The notes beneath the pieces were generated by a model that was not told the origin of the DNA, did no database searches, and saw only the letters and a program-made list of their open reading frames with translations. A stretch of 64,000 nucleotides of DNA. Origin: Candidatus Firestoneibacteriota bacterium (GTDB taxonomy: Bacteria; Oederibacteriota; D2-FULL-39-29). Shown here piece by piece: positions 1 through 9,299 of this stretch. Made by a program: the position numbers and the translations under genes. Location: positions 1,730 through 65,729 of the forward strand of contig CAIYPD010000070.1 of NCBI GenBank assembly GCA_903928075.1. Direction: 5' to 3'. Numbering within the stretch: the first letter of the stretch is position 1; the number at the start of each line of letters is the position of its first letter.

Positions 1-666
1 ATCTTTTACACCTATCTTCCAATCTGTGAAGATGCTCTTCAAGTCCTTGGTCGGCGGCCGTCCCGCTTTCTCGATTTTTTCGGAAAAGGCAATAAGCTTT
101 CCGGACCGGTCCGTTACTTCTATGTAGGCCCCGAGGAGCCCCGCTATTTCTTTTATATAATTTTTTAACGCTTCCGTAATCTCCGCCACATTGTAGTCTA
201 TAACAATGAACGACCCGATACTTTTTGCGTCAATTACGCTAAACGCCCTGCTAGCCGTACCATCGAGCTCGAAGTACCTGACTTTATTCTTGCCGTAATG
301 CTTCTGTTTATGAGTTTTTAAGGCGCGGTCAATATAGGAAGCCCCCGTGTCAAGGTCTATATTTTTTTGCACATAGACATTTTTGATAAACGGCAGGGAG
401 TTTCTGCTATTTTGGAGTTCTACCAGCGAGGCCGCTATATCTTTGCCGGAGAAAAATTTTTTATTTACTGCATTTTCTGTTTCAAATATAATGTTTTCCA
501 GGCGCTTATTGATAAGATTCATTACGCTAAGCTGATAAGAGCTCTGCCGCCGGTCCAGCGACTCCGTTTCCACCTTAAATATCTGATATCCAAAATAGAC
601 AAATATGATATTGGCCAAAACTATCACAAGTATCAGAGAAAATAATATTTTTGTTTTCTGCATAGT
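1..666 (-). CDS. Hypothetical membrane-anchored protein, partial (N-terminal 222 aa; the gene runs off the window start)
   Basis: An open reading frame runs on the minus strand from the ATG at 664-666 leftwards to the window edge. It is not in the ORF track because it is truncated. The N-terminus is a hydrophobic TM helix (ILFSLILVIVLANIIF), followed by a soluble domain. It is antisense to the listed 367..645 ORF. Confidence 0.4.
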
Positions 667-723
667 TAGATTTTAACACTAATTTTCATTTCTTGTAAAC
701 AAGAAACGATAATAGCTAGTAAT

Positions 724-772
724 GGTCCATAAGGTCGAAGGTCCGTAAGGTCTAAAATCGTTGAAAGATATT
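724..772 (-). repeat. Degenerate fragment of the dispersed intergenic repeat (terminal motifs CATAAGGTC / CGTAAGGTCTAAAATCGTTGAA only)
   Basis: The sequence matches the reverse complement of the repeat termini (GACCTTATGG / GACCTTACG) and the module-B leader (TTCAACGATTTTAGACC). The palindromic core is absent. Confidence 0.4.
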
Positions 773-894
773 AATATAATGCTGTCTTAATGCAGGACCT
801 TAGACTTAATAAACTTTGGATCCTGTTGTCGCTTATTATGCCGGAGGTTTTAATCTATCCGAGGCTGACCACTTCCGTAAGAGACTGTGGAGTT

Positions 895-1902
895 TTACTC
901 CTGCGTAAATTCAGCTTCTAAAGCTGACTTTTTAACGGCCTTCAGGTGATAGGGTGAGAGCTTCTTTTCCGGAGTGCCGGCATTGATTATCGCGGTAAGC
1001 ACGCTGTTTATCTTTAACTTATTTACCCCTGGTATTATTTCTTTTATCGTTACATCCTTAGGTTCCGTTTCCTGCATGCCAAGAAAGACGGCAATAAGCA
1101 TCTCTTTCTCAAAATCTATAACCGGTTCAGGCAGACCGTCGAAACATCTTCCCCATAACTTCTTAAAAGCCGCCTCATCCTTAATTACCAGATTTTCTTT
1201 TATACTATTTGCACAATAAAGGCTTTTTTGTTCAAAAGCCTTATCAATAATCAAATGTTCTGTCCGCAGGGGCGCAGGAGCTCCGCTAATATCTTCTTCT
1301 TTCAGGCCGGCTAAACTGCTTCTCATTTTCTGCTCTGCCTGCTGATTTCCCCTACCGTTATTTTTTTTAAAAGCAGAACTTGTTTCCTGTGAATTCTGCA
1401 GCTTCCCGCTCAGAGGATTTTTATCAGAGCCTTTATTTTTGCCGGCCGGTAAATTTTTTTGATCCGCTTCAGTCTTTTTAGAAAACTCTCCACCCTTAAA
1501 TAAAAGAGCTTCTTCTTTGGTTTTAAATATCCCGGCAACACCCGTACCATTGTAATACTGTAAACCCAGCACGCCGATAATTATTGCAAAAACAGCGCCC
1601 ACTGACCCTCTAAAAGCTTTGGTGTTAAGCTTTTGCCACCAATTCTTATTCTTTTGAATTCTATCATTAATTTTTACGATAATATTTATATGCGGCGTAT
1701 AACGCGGCAGATTTCTGACGGCCAGTACTGTTTTATTAAAAGCCTCGAGTTCAGCCGCGCAGGCCGGACACTTTTTAATATGCCTTTCCAGTTCGGCCAT
1801 TTCGCTTTCCGGCAGTAACTCATCCAGATAATCCGAAAATTTAGCCTTTATACCGGTACATTCTTTATTTTCCACTAAAGCACCTCTTTTAAGGCAGTGC
1901 AT
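895..1902 (-). CDS. Anti-sigma factor, putative zinc-finger (zf-HC2-like HxxxCxxC) N-domain, single TM, C-terminal domain of unknown function
   Basis: The N-terminus has ...ELERHIKKCPACAAELEAF..., followed by a hydrophobic segment (GAVFAIIIGVLGLQYY). It overlaps the upstream ECF sigma gene by 28 bp, the usual sigma/anti-sigma arrangement. Confidence 0.6.
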   Translation of the reverse strand: MHCLKRGALVENKECTGIKAKFSDYLDELLPESEMAELERHIKKCPACAAELEAFNKTVLAVRNLPRYTPHINIIVKINDRIQKNKNWWQKLNTKAFRGSVGAVFAIIIGVLGLQYYNGTGVAGIFKTKEEALLFKGGEFSKKTEADQKNLPAGKNKGSDKNPLSGKLQNSQETSSAFKKNNGRGNQQAEQKMRSSLAGLKEEDISGAPAPLRTEHLIIDKAFEQKSLYCANSIKENLVIKDEAAFKKLWGRCFDGLPEPVIDFEKEMLIAVFLGMQETEPKDVTIKEIIPGVNKLKINSVLTAIINAGTPEKKLSPYHLKAVKKSALEAEFTQE

Positions 1903-2519
1903 AATTCCAGCCGGGCCCGGTGCAGACGGCTTTTTACCGTACCCAGGTCGACACTTAATATTTTTGCAATTTCCTCATAGGAAAGCTGTTCTATATCCCG
2001 GAGAATTACAACATCTTTCATATCAGAGGAGAGCTTTTCTATTTCCGCCTGAATCTTTGTTTCAAATTCTTTTTTTTCAAGAAATTTCGCCGGGTTCCCC
2101 TTGTCATCTTTTATATCCAGAGCCCTTTCCATTATAGGAAGAGTCCGCTCTCTCATCCGGTTGCCGGCACTCTTTAATCTATTCTTACAAAGATTTACGG
2201 TAATAGTATAAATCCAGGTTGAGAGAGAACTCTCTTCCCTGAACTTCCGGATATTTTTGTGGACAGCCATAAAGCATTCCTGGGTAATATCATTGGCTTC
2301 CTGGTAATCGGCAAGAAACCTGTAGGAGGTATTATATATTTTGTCCTTGTATTTAAATACGAGCTGGTTAAAATAGTGTTGTTTGCCCGCTTTTAAACCC
2401 TTTATCAGAACAGCATCCTGCTCAAAAACCAACGACTCCTCCGGTCTGCAAGTTTGGACAATTTTGAAAGGGAAAAGTTCCCTAAATATAACTGTATAGA
2501 TGATAACAAAAATATCCAT
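1875..2519 (-). CDS. RNA polymerase ECF-type sigma-70 factor
   Basis: It has region 2 (DITQECFMAVHKNIRKF) and a region 4 HTH (LSYEEIAKILSVDLGTVKSRLHRARLEL). The product may be somewhat shorter than the ORF, so the true start is uncertain. Confidence 0.85.
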   Translation of the reverse strand: MDIFVIIYTVIFRELFPFKIVQTCRPEESLVFEQDAVLIKGLKAGKQHYFNQLVFKYKDKIYNTSYRFLADYQEANDITQECFMAVHKNIRKFREESSLSTWIYTITVNLCKNRLKSAGNRMRERTLPIMERALDIKDDKGNPAKFLEKKEFETKIQAEIEKLSSDMKDVVILRDIEQLSYEEIAKILSVDLGTVKSRLHRARLELCTALKEVL

Positions 2520-2541
2520 ATATCTTCAACATAAAATAAAG

Positions 2542-2574
2542 ATTCTTATCTGTGCCATCTCTTTGCCCATCTGT
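2542..2574 (+). promoter_or_regulatory. Direct-repeat motif ATCTGTGCCATC-N9-ATCTGTGTCATC upstream of the 2632 gene
   Basis: It has the same 12-mer pair and about 21-bp spacing as the sites inside the dispersed repeat (e.g. 8285-8320) and as the site immediately upstream of xerD (55083-55125). Confidence 0.45.
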
Positions 2575-2631
2575 GTCATCAGCCCACGGCATAATTATTG
2601 ATAATGCGCGGTATTTGTGAAATAATACGCT

Positions 2632-3933
2632 ATGGAAAAACTAATACGCCTTACAAAACAAAAAGCTTGCGCAACCTGTGATATTTGCTGTCGTTTCCCC
2701 GAGGAAAAACCCAACCTTAAACCAACCGGATTTAAGTTAATCAAGAATAAGGAGCTTTTTATTTGCGAAGCCTTTGATCTTAAGACCGGGAAATGCCTTA
2801 AATACTCAAAGCGCCCGCTGGACTGTAAAATCTACCCTTTCGCTGCGGCGAAGAGCCCGGATAAAGAAAACATCATGCTGGTGCTGGACCATCTCTGTCC
2901 TGCCGCTAAAAAAATAAATACAAAAAAAGAAATTCTAAAAACTAAAATAGAAGCAAAGAACCCTATTGAATGGGAAGAAACCTTTGTTCCGGTAAAGGCC
3001 TTAAAGAAAACCGGAATAAGCAATGATATTTTAAATGAACTGACAACTTCCGATATACTTTTTTTTAACTCCTATCTGCCCGCGGATTCAGGCCTGTCGG
3101 CTTTTTCTTTTGCCTACCACTTCGTCTGGGAGGATTTCTTTAAATTCTACTGGAAGCTTATTGACGGCGCTTTGTGTATCTTCGCAAAGGATATTGATAA
3201 TACCTTCATGCCCATTCCCCCTCTTCTGCCTTTGGAAAAAACGATCACAACCGCAGTTTATGAGCGGTGTTTTGAAATAATGGAGACCCAAAATAAAGGC
3301 AGGACAGAAGCCAGAATAGAAAATATCCCGGAAAACCGGGCCGGTGAGCTCGAAAAAGCGGGCTACCGTATAGTAAAAAAAGACGAGGAATACCTTTATG
3401 AAAGGAAGAAGCTCGAACATTTAAGCGGCGATAAATTCAAACATATCCGCTGGCTGATAAACGCCTTTAAAAAAGAGAAGAACTATGCTTTTAAAAAATA
3501 TTCCTTAAAGCATTTAAACGGCTGCGCCGACCTTTTATTCAAGTGGCTTTCTGAAAAGAAGAAAAAGGCCGCGAACGATAACGAGAGTTTTCTCCTGAAA
3601 AATATCGACAAAGCCCACAAAAGAGCTTTTATGAATTTTGAAGCACTGGGGCTGGAAGGCCGCGTGCTGACCGTAGGCGATAAGGTCGCCGCCTATACCT
3701 TCGGAACTCCTCTCGGAAAGAAGACTTTCTGTGTAATGTTCGAGGTGGCCGACCATGAAGTGAAGGGCGCCTCGCAGTACATCTTTATGAAAATGGCCGG
3801 TGAGTTCCCCCGCTACAAGTACTTCAACACCATGGGCGACGAAGGCATAAAATCCCTCCGGGAAAACAAAATACATTACCACCCGCTTAAGACAGTCCCG
3901 GAGTTCATAGCATATTCGAAAGGAAAACAGTAA
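2632..3933 (+). CDS. Hypothetical protein: N-terminal CxxCxxCC (YkgJ/UPF0153-like) metal-binding domain and a C-terminal about 280-aa domain, possibly DUF2156/GNAT-like
   Basis: The N-terminus reads KACATCDICCRF...CEAFDLKTGKCLKYSKRPLDCKIYPF, the typical spacing of the putative Zn/Fe-chelating domain. The C-terminal assignment is a recollection only. Confidence 0.5.
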   Translation: MEKLIRLTKQKACATCDICCRFPEEKPNLKPTGFKLIKNKELFICEAFDLKTGKCLKYSKRPLDCKIYPFAAAKSPDKENIMLVLDHLCPAAKKINTKKEILKTKIEAKNPIEWEETFVPVKALKKTGISNDILNELTTSDILFFNSYLPADSGLSAFSFAYHFVWEDFFKFYWKLIDGALCIFAKDIDNTFMPIPPLLPLEKTITTAVYERCFEIMETQNKGRTEARIENIPENRAGELEKAGYRIVKKDEEYLYERKKLEHLSGDKFKHIRWLINAFKKEKNYAFKKYSLKHLNGCADLLFKWLSEKKKKAANDNESFLLKNIDKAHKRAFMNFEALGLEGRVLTVGDKVAAYTFGTPLGKKTFCVMFEVADHEVKGASQYIFMKMAGEFPRYKYFNTMGDEGIKSLRENKIHYHPLKTVPEFIAYSKGKQ

Positions 3934-3938
3934 AAGCG

Positions 3939-4127
3939 TCCATAAAGGTCTATAAGCAAAGCTTTTCTCGATAGGAAGGATATATAGATGTCAACTACCG
4001 TTGACATAGCGAGATAAAGTCCGTAAGGTCTAAAATCTTTGAGGAATATTTAATTTTTAAGATTGTGTATCTGTGTCATCTGTTTTTTTATCTGTGACAT
4101 CAACTGCGCTTTTAGCAGCGTAAGGTC
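3939..4127 (-). repeat. Full-length copy of the dispersed composite intergenic repeat, minus orientation
   Basis: It is near-identical, as reverse complement, to 8265-8454 and 11930-12119. It contains the palindrome ATGTCAACTACCGTTGACAT and the paired ATCTGTG(A/T)CATC sites. It starts 6 bp after the stop of the 2632..3933 gene. Confidence 0.85.
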
Positions 4128-4198
4128 TAAAATCTTTGAGGGATATTTATGTAAGCTTGTTATCTTGTATTATTGTTCCATGTTTCCAAGCAGTTTGC

Positions 4199-5503
4199 CT
4201 ACCAGATCTTCACGCCCATGGCGCGTTTTAAGGAATACACACTCATCACATAAGCATACTGCGCCTGCGAATAAAAAAGTCTCGCTCTGGCCAGGGAGGT
4301 CTCAGCGTTAATAAGGTCAAGATTGGTTATTACACCATTGTCAAATCTTACCTTGGCCTGCGCCATGGCTTCTTCGGCCAGTTTTACATGAAGATCTGCA
4401 GCATTAAGCTTTTCAAAGCCGGTCTTAACATCCGAAACCGACTGTTTTATCTCCGTCGATACGGTTTCTTTAACATCCTTAACTTTGTATTCCGCCGAAG
4501 AAAGCGCGGCTTTTGCTTCCGCCTCCATATTGACCGTTCTAAAGCCGTCAAAAAGCGGTACTTTCAACCCTGCCGAAAATACCCAATTATTCTGAAGATC
4601 GGAAAGGACCGGCAGGTACCCATTCTTAAAACCCCAGGTCCCGCCAATACCAAGTGAAGGATTATCAGAATTTTCCGCAACCAATAGCTGGGCTTTTGCA
4701 ATATCCTCACTCTTCTTTGCCATAAGGTATTCTGCTCTTTGCTTTAGCGCTTTTTCTATAAAAGTGCTCTCCTCTATTTCTACCGCCTCCTGTGGAAACT
4801 TCCCTGCCAGTTTTACCTTGCCGTCAAAACCTATGTTCTTTTTCAACTGCAGGAGAGTCTTATTGTAAGAATTCTCAAAGTCAGCTTTGGCGTTCTTTGC
4901 TTCCTCCACCTTTACCTGTATGGTCAGGGCATCGTAGTCGGTGGCGCTCCCGAATTTTACTTTGTTTCTGGTTTGTTCCATATACTCGGTAAGCGAGTCT
5001 ATTTCCTTTTGAGAGACATCCACCTGCCGGGAAAGAAAGATAACGCTGTAAAATAACTGGACTGTCTGATAGGAAATCAGGGATTTTGAAAGTTCCAGAG
5101 CGTTCTCCGACTGCACCAGCATTTCTTTGGAAAGATCTATAAGAGAACCGGTCCGGCCCAGATCAAAAAGCGTGTACCTGAAGCCGACATGCATATCATA
5201 GTTGTTCTCAGGGTAAAGTTGAAAGGACCCCATCCCCGGAAAATAAAAAGGCGGATCAGGTTCCAGTCTGGCAAAAGACGCTTCCATATCGAGGGCAGGC
5301 CAGAAAGCCGCATACTTTTGGGAAAGCCTCGCCGACGCAGCGTCCCTGTCTGATGCCGCCTGTTTCACCGAAGGGTAATACTTGAGCGCCATTTCAATAG
5401 CACGCTCCACTGACAAGGTAAGCTCCGTCCCTTCCGGCCCGGCAGCCCTAGTTGGACCTAATAACCCCATAAATATTATTACTGCTAAAACAATTTTTTT
5501 CAT
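4199..5503 (-). CDS. tolC: TolC-family outer membrane efflux protein
   Basis: It has a signal peptide (MKKIVLAVIIFMGLLGPTRA) and coiled-coil/beta-barrel repeat architecture. It is the last gene of the emrA-emrB-OMP operon. Confidence 0.8.
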   Translation of the reverse strand: MKKIVLAVIIFMGLLGPTRAAGPEGTELTLSVERAIEMALKYYPSVKQAASDRDAASARLSQKYAAFWPALDMEASFARLEPDPPFYFPGMGSFQLYPENNYDMHVGFRYTLFDLGRTGSLIDLSKEMLVQSENALELSKSLISYQTVQLFYSVIFLSRQVDVSQKEIDSLTEYMEQTRNKVKFGSATDYDALTIQVKVEEAKNAKADFENSYNKTLLQLKKNIGFDGKVKLAGKFPQEAVEIEESTFIEKALKQRAEYLMAKKSEDIAKAQLLVAENSDNPSLGIGGTWGFKNGYLPVLSDLQNNWVFSAGLKVPLFDGFRTVNMEAEAKAALSSAEYKVKDVKETVSTEIKQSVSDVKTGFEKLNAADLHVKLAEEAMAQAKVRFDNGVITNLDLINAETSLARARLFYSQAQYAYVMSVYSLKRAMGVKIW

Positions 5504-5537
5504 CTTCCTCTCCCTCTTTTGTTTCTTGGCCCCATTT

Positions 5538-7163
5538 CTATTCTATCGCTATGTGGTCCGCTGCATCTGCCTGCGCTTTTTTCTTCGCCGTCCTTAAAAA
5601 CAATATTGGAATAATTATAATTATAGTTATGGCCGCGGCTATCAAAAAATCGTCATTTATAGCCTGCACAAAAGCCTGTTTTTGCAAGTTGCTTAATATC
5701 AACGCCCCGGCCTGCGAGTTGGCTACACTTCCTGCACTGTTAAAATTATGGGTCAAATGGCCGGCAACCGCGCCGTAAGTGTTCTTGAATATAGGACTGG
5801 CCTGATTTATAGCCTGCCCGAAAGTCGCGGCATGAAAAGCCGTGCGCCTCGAAAGAATGGAACCGAATATGGCTATCCCAAAACTCCCCCCAATCTGTCT
5901 TATCACATTTATAAGCCCAGAGGCCTGCGCCATTTTGTGCGATGGTATTTCAAGGAGCGAAACGGTCGTAAGCGGCGTAAATATAAGACCCATTGCCAGC
6001 CCTCTGATGCTAAGGAGCATATACATAAAAGGTTTTTCGGTCTCCAGGGTAAGATGCGAATTTAAAAGAAGGCTTATTGTGAGAAGTATCACTCCCGTTA
6101 CTGCCGGCAGTTTTGGGCTTATCTTATCAGAGATAACCCCTGAGATAGGAGAAGCAAAAGCCTGGATTATCCCAACAGGCAAAAACATACTACCGGCCAT
6201 TATTGCCGTGTAGCCGAGGGCGTTTTGCCAGTAAAGAGGCATCAGGAAAGTACTTCCAAACATGCCTATACCAAAGATGAATATAATAGCGTTACTCGCT
6301 GTAAAATTATAGTTCTTAAATAGTTTTATCTCGATAAATGGGTGTTCCTGATAACTTTCAACAATAAGAAATACTATAAGGCTTGTGATTCCGACAGTGA
6401 AACAACCGACGATAAAAGGCGAGGTCCATCCGCCGGTGTTCCAGACTGCGTTTCCTTCTGAAAGCCCGAGTAAAGTGGCGGTCAAAAACGCAGTGATAGA
6501 AAGGAATCCCAGAAAGTCAAAATCGCGCGTATTTTCTGTTTTGTATTCCCTTTGGATTATAAGGGTAACAAACAAGCCTATGAGCCCGATTGGGAGATTG
6601 ACAAAAAATATTGCCTGCCAGCTGAAATTATCCACAAGGTAGCCGCCGACAAGAGGACCAAAAGATATGGAGGCCGCGGCAGCAATACCCCAAAAACCCA
6701 TTGCCATACCCCTTTGTTCTTTCGGAAACTCCCTCATGACTATGGCCAGGCCGACGGGCATAAGCATTCCGGCTCCGAGCCCTTGAATTATCCTGAAAGA
6801 AATAAGCGAGCTTTCATTCCAGGAAAAACCGCAGAGGGCAGAACCGGCAGTAAAAATAGAAAGCGCCAGGAAGTAGGTTTTTTTGTACCCGAGATGGTCG
6901 GCAATCCAGCCGGAAGCCGGAAGCATTACACCGAGCGAAAGATTATAACCGGTCATTATCCATTCTATGGAATCCAAAGTCGCGCCAAGCGAGGCCATAA
7001 TCTTTGAAAAGCCGACATTAACTATCGTTGCGTCAAGCACCGCAATGAATGTGCCTATCATAACATTGCAAAGCACCCACCACTTGTAACTTTTGTGCTC
7101 GTGCTGGAGAGAGGGAATGCTTCTAATTATTCTTCTCTTTATGGCGTGATGCGGAGAGGCCAC
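5538..7163 (-). CDS. emrB: MFS drug efflux transporter, DHA2 (EmrB/QacA) family, 14 TMS
   Basis: The N-terminus (KWWVLCNVMIGTFIAVLDATIVNV) is typical. The protein is 541 aa and is hydrophobic throughout. Confidence 0.88.
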   Translation of the reverse strand: MASPHHAIKRRIIRSIPSLQHEHKSYKWWVLCNVMIGTFIAVLDATIVNVGFSKIMASLGATLDSIEWIMTGYNLSLGVMLPASGWIADHLGYKKTYFLALSIFTAGSALCGFSWNESSLISFRIIQGLGAGMLMPVGLAIVMREFPKEQRGMAMGFWGIAAAASISFGPLVGGYLVDNFSWQAIFFVNLPIGLIGLFVTLIIQREYKTENTRDFDFLGFLSITAFLTATLLGLSEGNAVWNTGGWTSPFIVGCFTVGITSLIVFLIVESYQEHPFIEIKLFKNYNFTASNAIIFIFGIGMFGSTFLMPLYWQNALGYTAIMAGSMFLPVGIIQAFASPISGVISDKISPKLPAVTGVILLTISLLLNSHLTLETEKPFMYMLLSIRGLAMGLIFTPLTTVSLLEIPSHKMAQASGLINVIRQIGGSFGIAIFGSILSRRTAFHAATFGQAINQASPIFKNTYGAVAGHLTHNFNSAGSVANSQAGALILSNLQKQAFVQAINDDFLIAAAITIIIIIPILFLRTAKKKAQADAADHIAIE

Positions 7164-7164
7164 A

Positions 7165-8112
7165 CTACCTCATCTTTATGAGTACTTCAACAGACATACC
7201 TGGAAGGAGTTTCCCCGAATATTTCTCCTGCTCTCTACTGTCCGGAGTAATCTTTATTGGTATACGCTGGGTTATCTTGGTAAAATTACCTGCAGCATTG
7301 CTTGCGGGAATAAGAGAGAACTGGGAAGCAGTATTGGAACCCAGCTGGGTAACCTTCCCCGACAACTTAATCCCGGAATAGGCATCCACCGTTATCTCCG
7401 AACTTTCACCGAGAGCTATCATTGAGTATTTTGTTTCTTCAAAATTTGCCGTTACCCAGATATTCTTCAAGTCATAGACTGTAAGTACCGCCTGGCCTGC
7501 TGAAACAACATCGCCCGGAAGTACCCATTTCTTTGCCACCACACCGTCCATAGAGGCTTTTACTTCCGCATTAGTTAACTGGGTCTCTACGACGCCCAAC
7601 TGGGCACTGGAGGTTTTTATCTGGGATTTTGCTATAGAGTCCGAGACCTTTGCCGCCTGGAGCGCCTTTTCGGCATGGTCATATTGTTCTTTGGCCACTA
7701 TCTTGTTGTTATATTGATTTTCAATCCTGGAGAAATCTTCTTCCGCCCGGGTAAGGTTAACCTTTGCCAGTTTGCTGTTTTCTTCCGCAAACGCAAGCGC
7801 CGCTTTGGCCTGTTCTTTTTGCGCAAGGAGGTCGGAGGCATCAAGTTTCATCAATATCTGGCCTACTTTCACATTCTCGCCTTCTTTTACAAGTATCGAA
7901 GCTATCCTTCCGGCGTATTTTGAACTCACGGTAACCTTATCTGCTTCAATCAATGCGTCATCGGTATATACCGTACTGCTGGACTTCATATACCAAACGG
8001 TAAATGCCACCGCCGCCAAAATTATTATTATCCATATCGCCATAAACATCTTCTTTTTTTGCCCGTTATTGCTCTCTATCTTCCGGGGCGCTGCCTGCTT
8101 GTGTGTTTCCAT
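7165..8112 (-). CDS. emrA: HlyD/EmrA-family membrane fusion protein
   Basis: It has a single N-terminal TM, a coiled-coil region and the beta-barrel/lipoyl domains of membrane fusion proteins. Its stop lies 2 bp before the emrB start. Confidence 0.85.
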   Translation of the reverse strand: METHKQAAPRKIESNNGQKKKMFMAIWIIIILAAVAFTVWYMKSSSTVYTDDALIEADKVTVSSKYAGRIASILVKEGENVKVGQILMKLDASDLLAQKEQAKAALAFAEENSKLAKVNLTRAEEDFSRIENQYNNKIVAKEQYDHAEKALQAAKVSDSIAKSQIKTSSAQLGVVETQLTNAEVKASMDGVVAKKWVLPGDVVSAGQAVLTVYDLKNIWVTANFEETKYSMIALGESSEITVDAYSGIKLSGKVTQLGSNTASQFSLIPASNAAGNFTKITQRIPIKITPDSREQEKYSGKLLPGMSVEVLIKMR

Positions 8113-8264
8113 TACTCCTCCGATCCTTTAAGTTAAAATATTGTTAGCAATGCTAACTATTATTTATACCATAATTCAAATATTTTTTCAATAAAACTCT
8201 TAATAAGAAACAAGGCACAAGTTTAAAGTATTTCACTCACATAAATATCCCACAACGGTTGTAG

Positions 8265-8454
8265 GCCTTACGCTGCTAAAAGCGCAGCTGATGTCACAGA
8301 TAAAAAAACAGATGACACAGATACACAATCTTAAAAATTAAATATTCTTCAACGATTTTAGACCTTATGGACTTTATCTCGCTATGTCAACGGTAGTTGA
8401 CATCTATATATCCTTCCTATCGAGAAAAGCTTTGCTTATAGACCTTTATGGACC
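8265..8454 (+). repeat. Full-length copy of the dispersed composite intergenic repeat, plus orientation
   Basis: The sequence runs GACCTTACGCTGCTAAAAGCGCAGCTGATGTCACAGAT...ATGTCAACGGTAGTTGACAT...GACCTTTATGGACC. It ends 25 bp from the stop of the ThuA-like gene. Confidence 0.85.
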
Positions 8455-8478
8455 TTTACAAACCCCTTCCCGACTATC

Positions 8479-9207
8479 TTATATCTTCTCAATCGGCTTA
8501 ACCGATTGGCCATTCGGTATCTTCGCCGAGTTTTGTACCGGCTTTGCCCATTTTACTGCGTTGAGTATCACGCGCTGGACATTTTTATTATGATAGGTGG
8601 GATGGGTTTCATGGCCGGGGCGGAAGTAGAATATTTTGCCTTTGCCCCTTATGTAACAGCAGCCGCTCCTGAAAACCTCGCCGCCTTTGAACCAGCTCAC
8701 AAAAACCAGGGACTGGGGATACGGGACATCAAAGAACTCACCGTACATTTCTTCATGCGGAAGTTCGAAGTATTCCGGCAGGCCTTCGGATATAGGATGG
8801 CCGGGATGGGTGACCCAGAGCCTTTCCTTCTCTCCTGCTTCCCTCCAGGTAAGTATGCAGGAGGTGCCCATGAGTTTTTTGAATATCTTTGAAAAGTGAC
8901 CGGAGTGCAGGACGATAAGTCCCATCCCCTGGAGAACATGTTTATGCACCCGCTCCACTATCTCATCTTTAACCTCACCGTGCGCCATATGCCCCCACCA
9001 GATAAGGACATCTGTGTTTTTCAACACCTCTTCGGTAAGTCCGTGCTCCGGCTCCACCAGGGTTGCAGTCTTAGCGGTTATCCCCTTATCCTTATTAAGC
9101 GCGGCAGCAATTACGGTATGCATCCCTTTAGGATAGATTTTCTTTATCTTTGGATTTATCAGCTCGTGCTTGAACTCATTCCAGACGGTAACTTTGATTT
9201 TCGACAT
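8479..9207 (-). CDS. ThuA-like protein (GATase1-like fold, trehalose-utilisation family)
   Basis: The motifs ([12 protein letters not shown]...GHP...RPGHETHP) resemble ThuA. The track ORF starts at a TTG, but the ATG at 9205-9207 has a good RBS (AAAGGAGAG). Confidence 0.65.
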   Translation of the reverse strand: MSKIKVTVWNEFKHELINPKIKKIYPKGMHTVIAAALNKDKGITAKTATLVEPEHGLTEEVLKNTDVLIWWGHMAHGEVKDEIVERVHKHVLQGMGLIVLHSGHFSKIFKKLMGTSCILTWREAGEKERLWVTHPGHPISEGLPEYFELPHEEMYGEFFDVPYPQSLVFVSWFKGGEVFRSGCCYIRGKGKIFYFRPGHETHPTYHNKNVQRVILNAVKWAKPVQNSAKIPNGQSVKPIEKI

Positions 9208-9299
9208 ACACTCTCCTTTTATCAGATAACAAGAATACAAGAAGAAACTACCTTGATGTGTTTATCTTGCTTTCGATTGTACCTTGTACTTTATTCTCA

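Noticed and set aside
367-645. 92-aa plus-strand ORF
   Set aside because: It is antisense to a long minus-strand reading frame that runs from 666 to the window edge and has a credible N-terminal TM and start. The minus-strand partial gene is preferred.
3990-4035. TTGACA-N17-TAAGGT sigma-70-like promoter inside the repeat (minus-orientation copies)
   Set aside because: The -10 hexamer matches consensus in only 3/6 positions. The best-spaced instance (3939-4127) has no downstream gene in the right orientation. It is not reliable enough to call a promoter.
4063-4311. 82-aa plus-strand ORF (MCICVICFFICD...) in the tolC/2632 intergenic region
   Set aside because: It lies entirely within and over the dispersed repeat copy. 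Its low-complexity Cys/Ile composition derives from the ATCTGTG repeats. It has no RBS and no conservation, so it is an artefact of the repeat.
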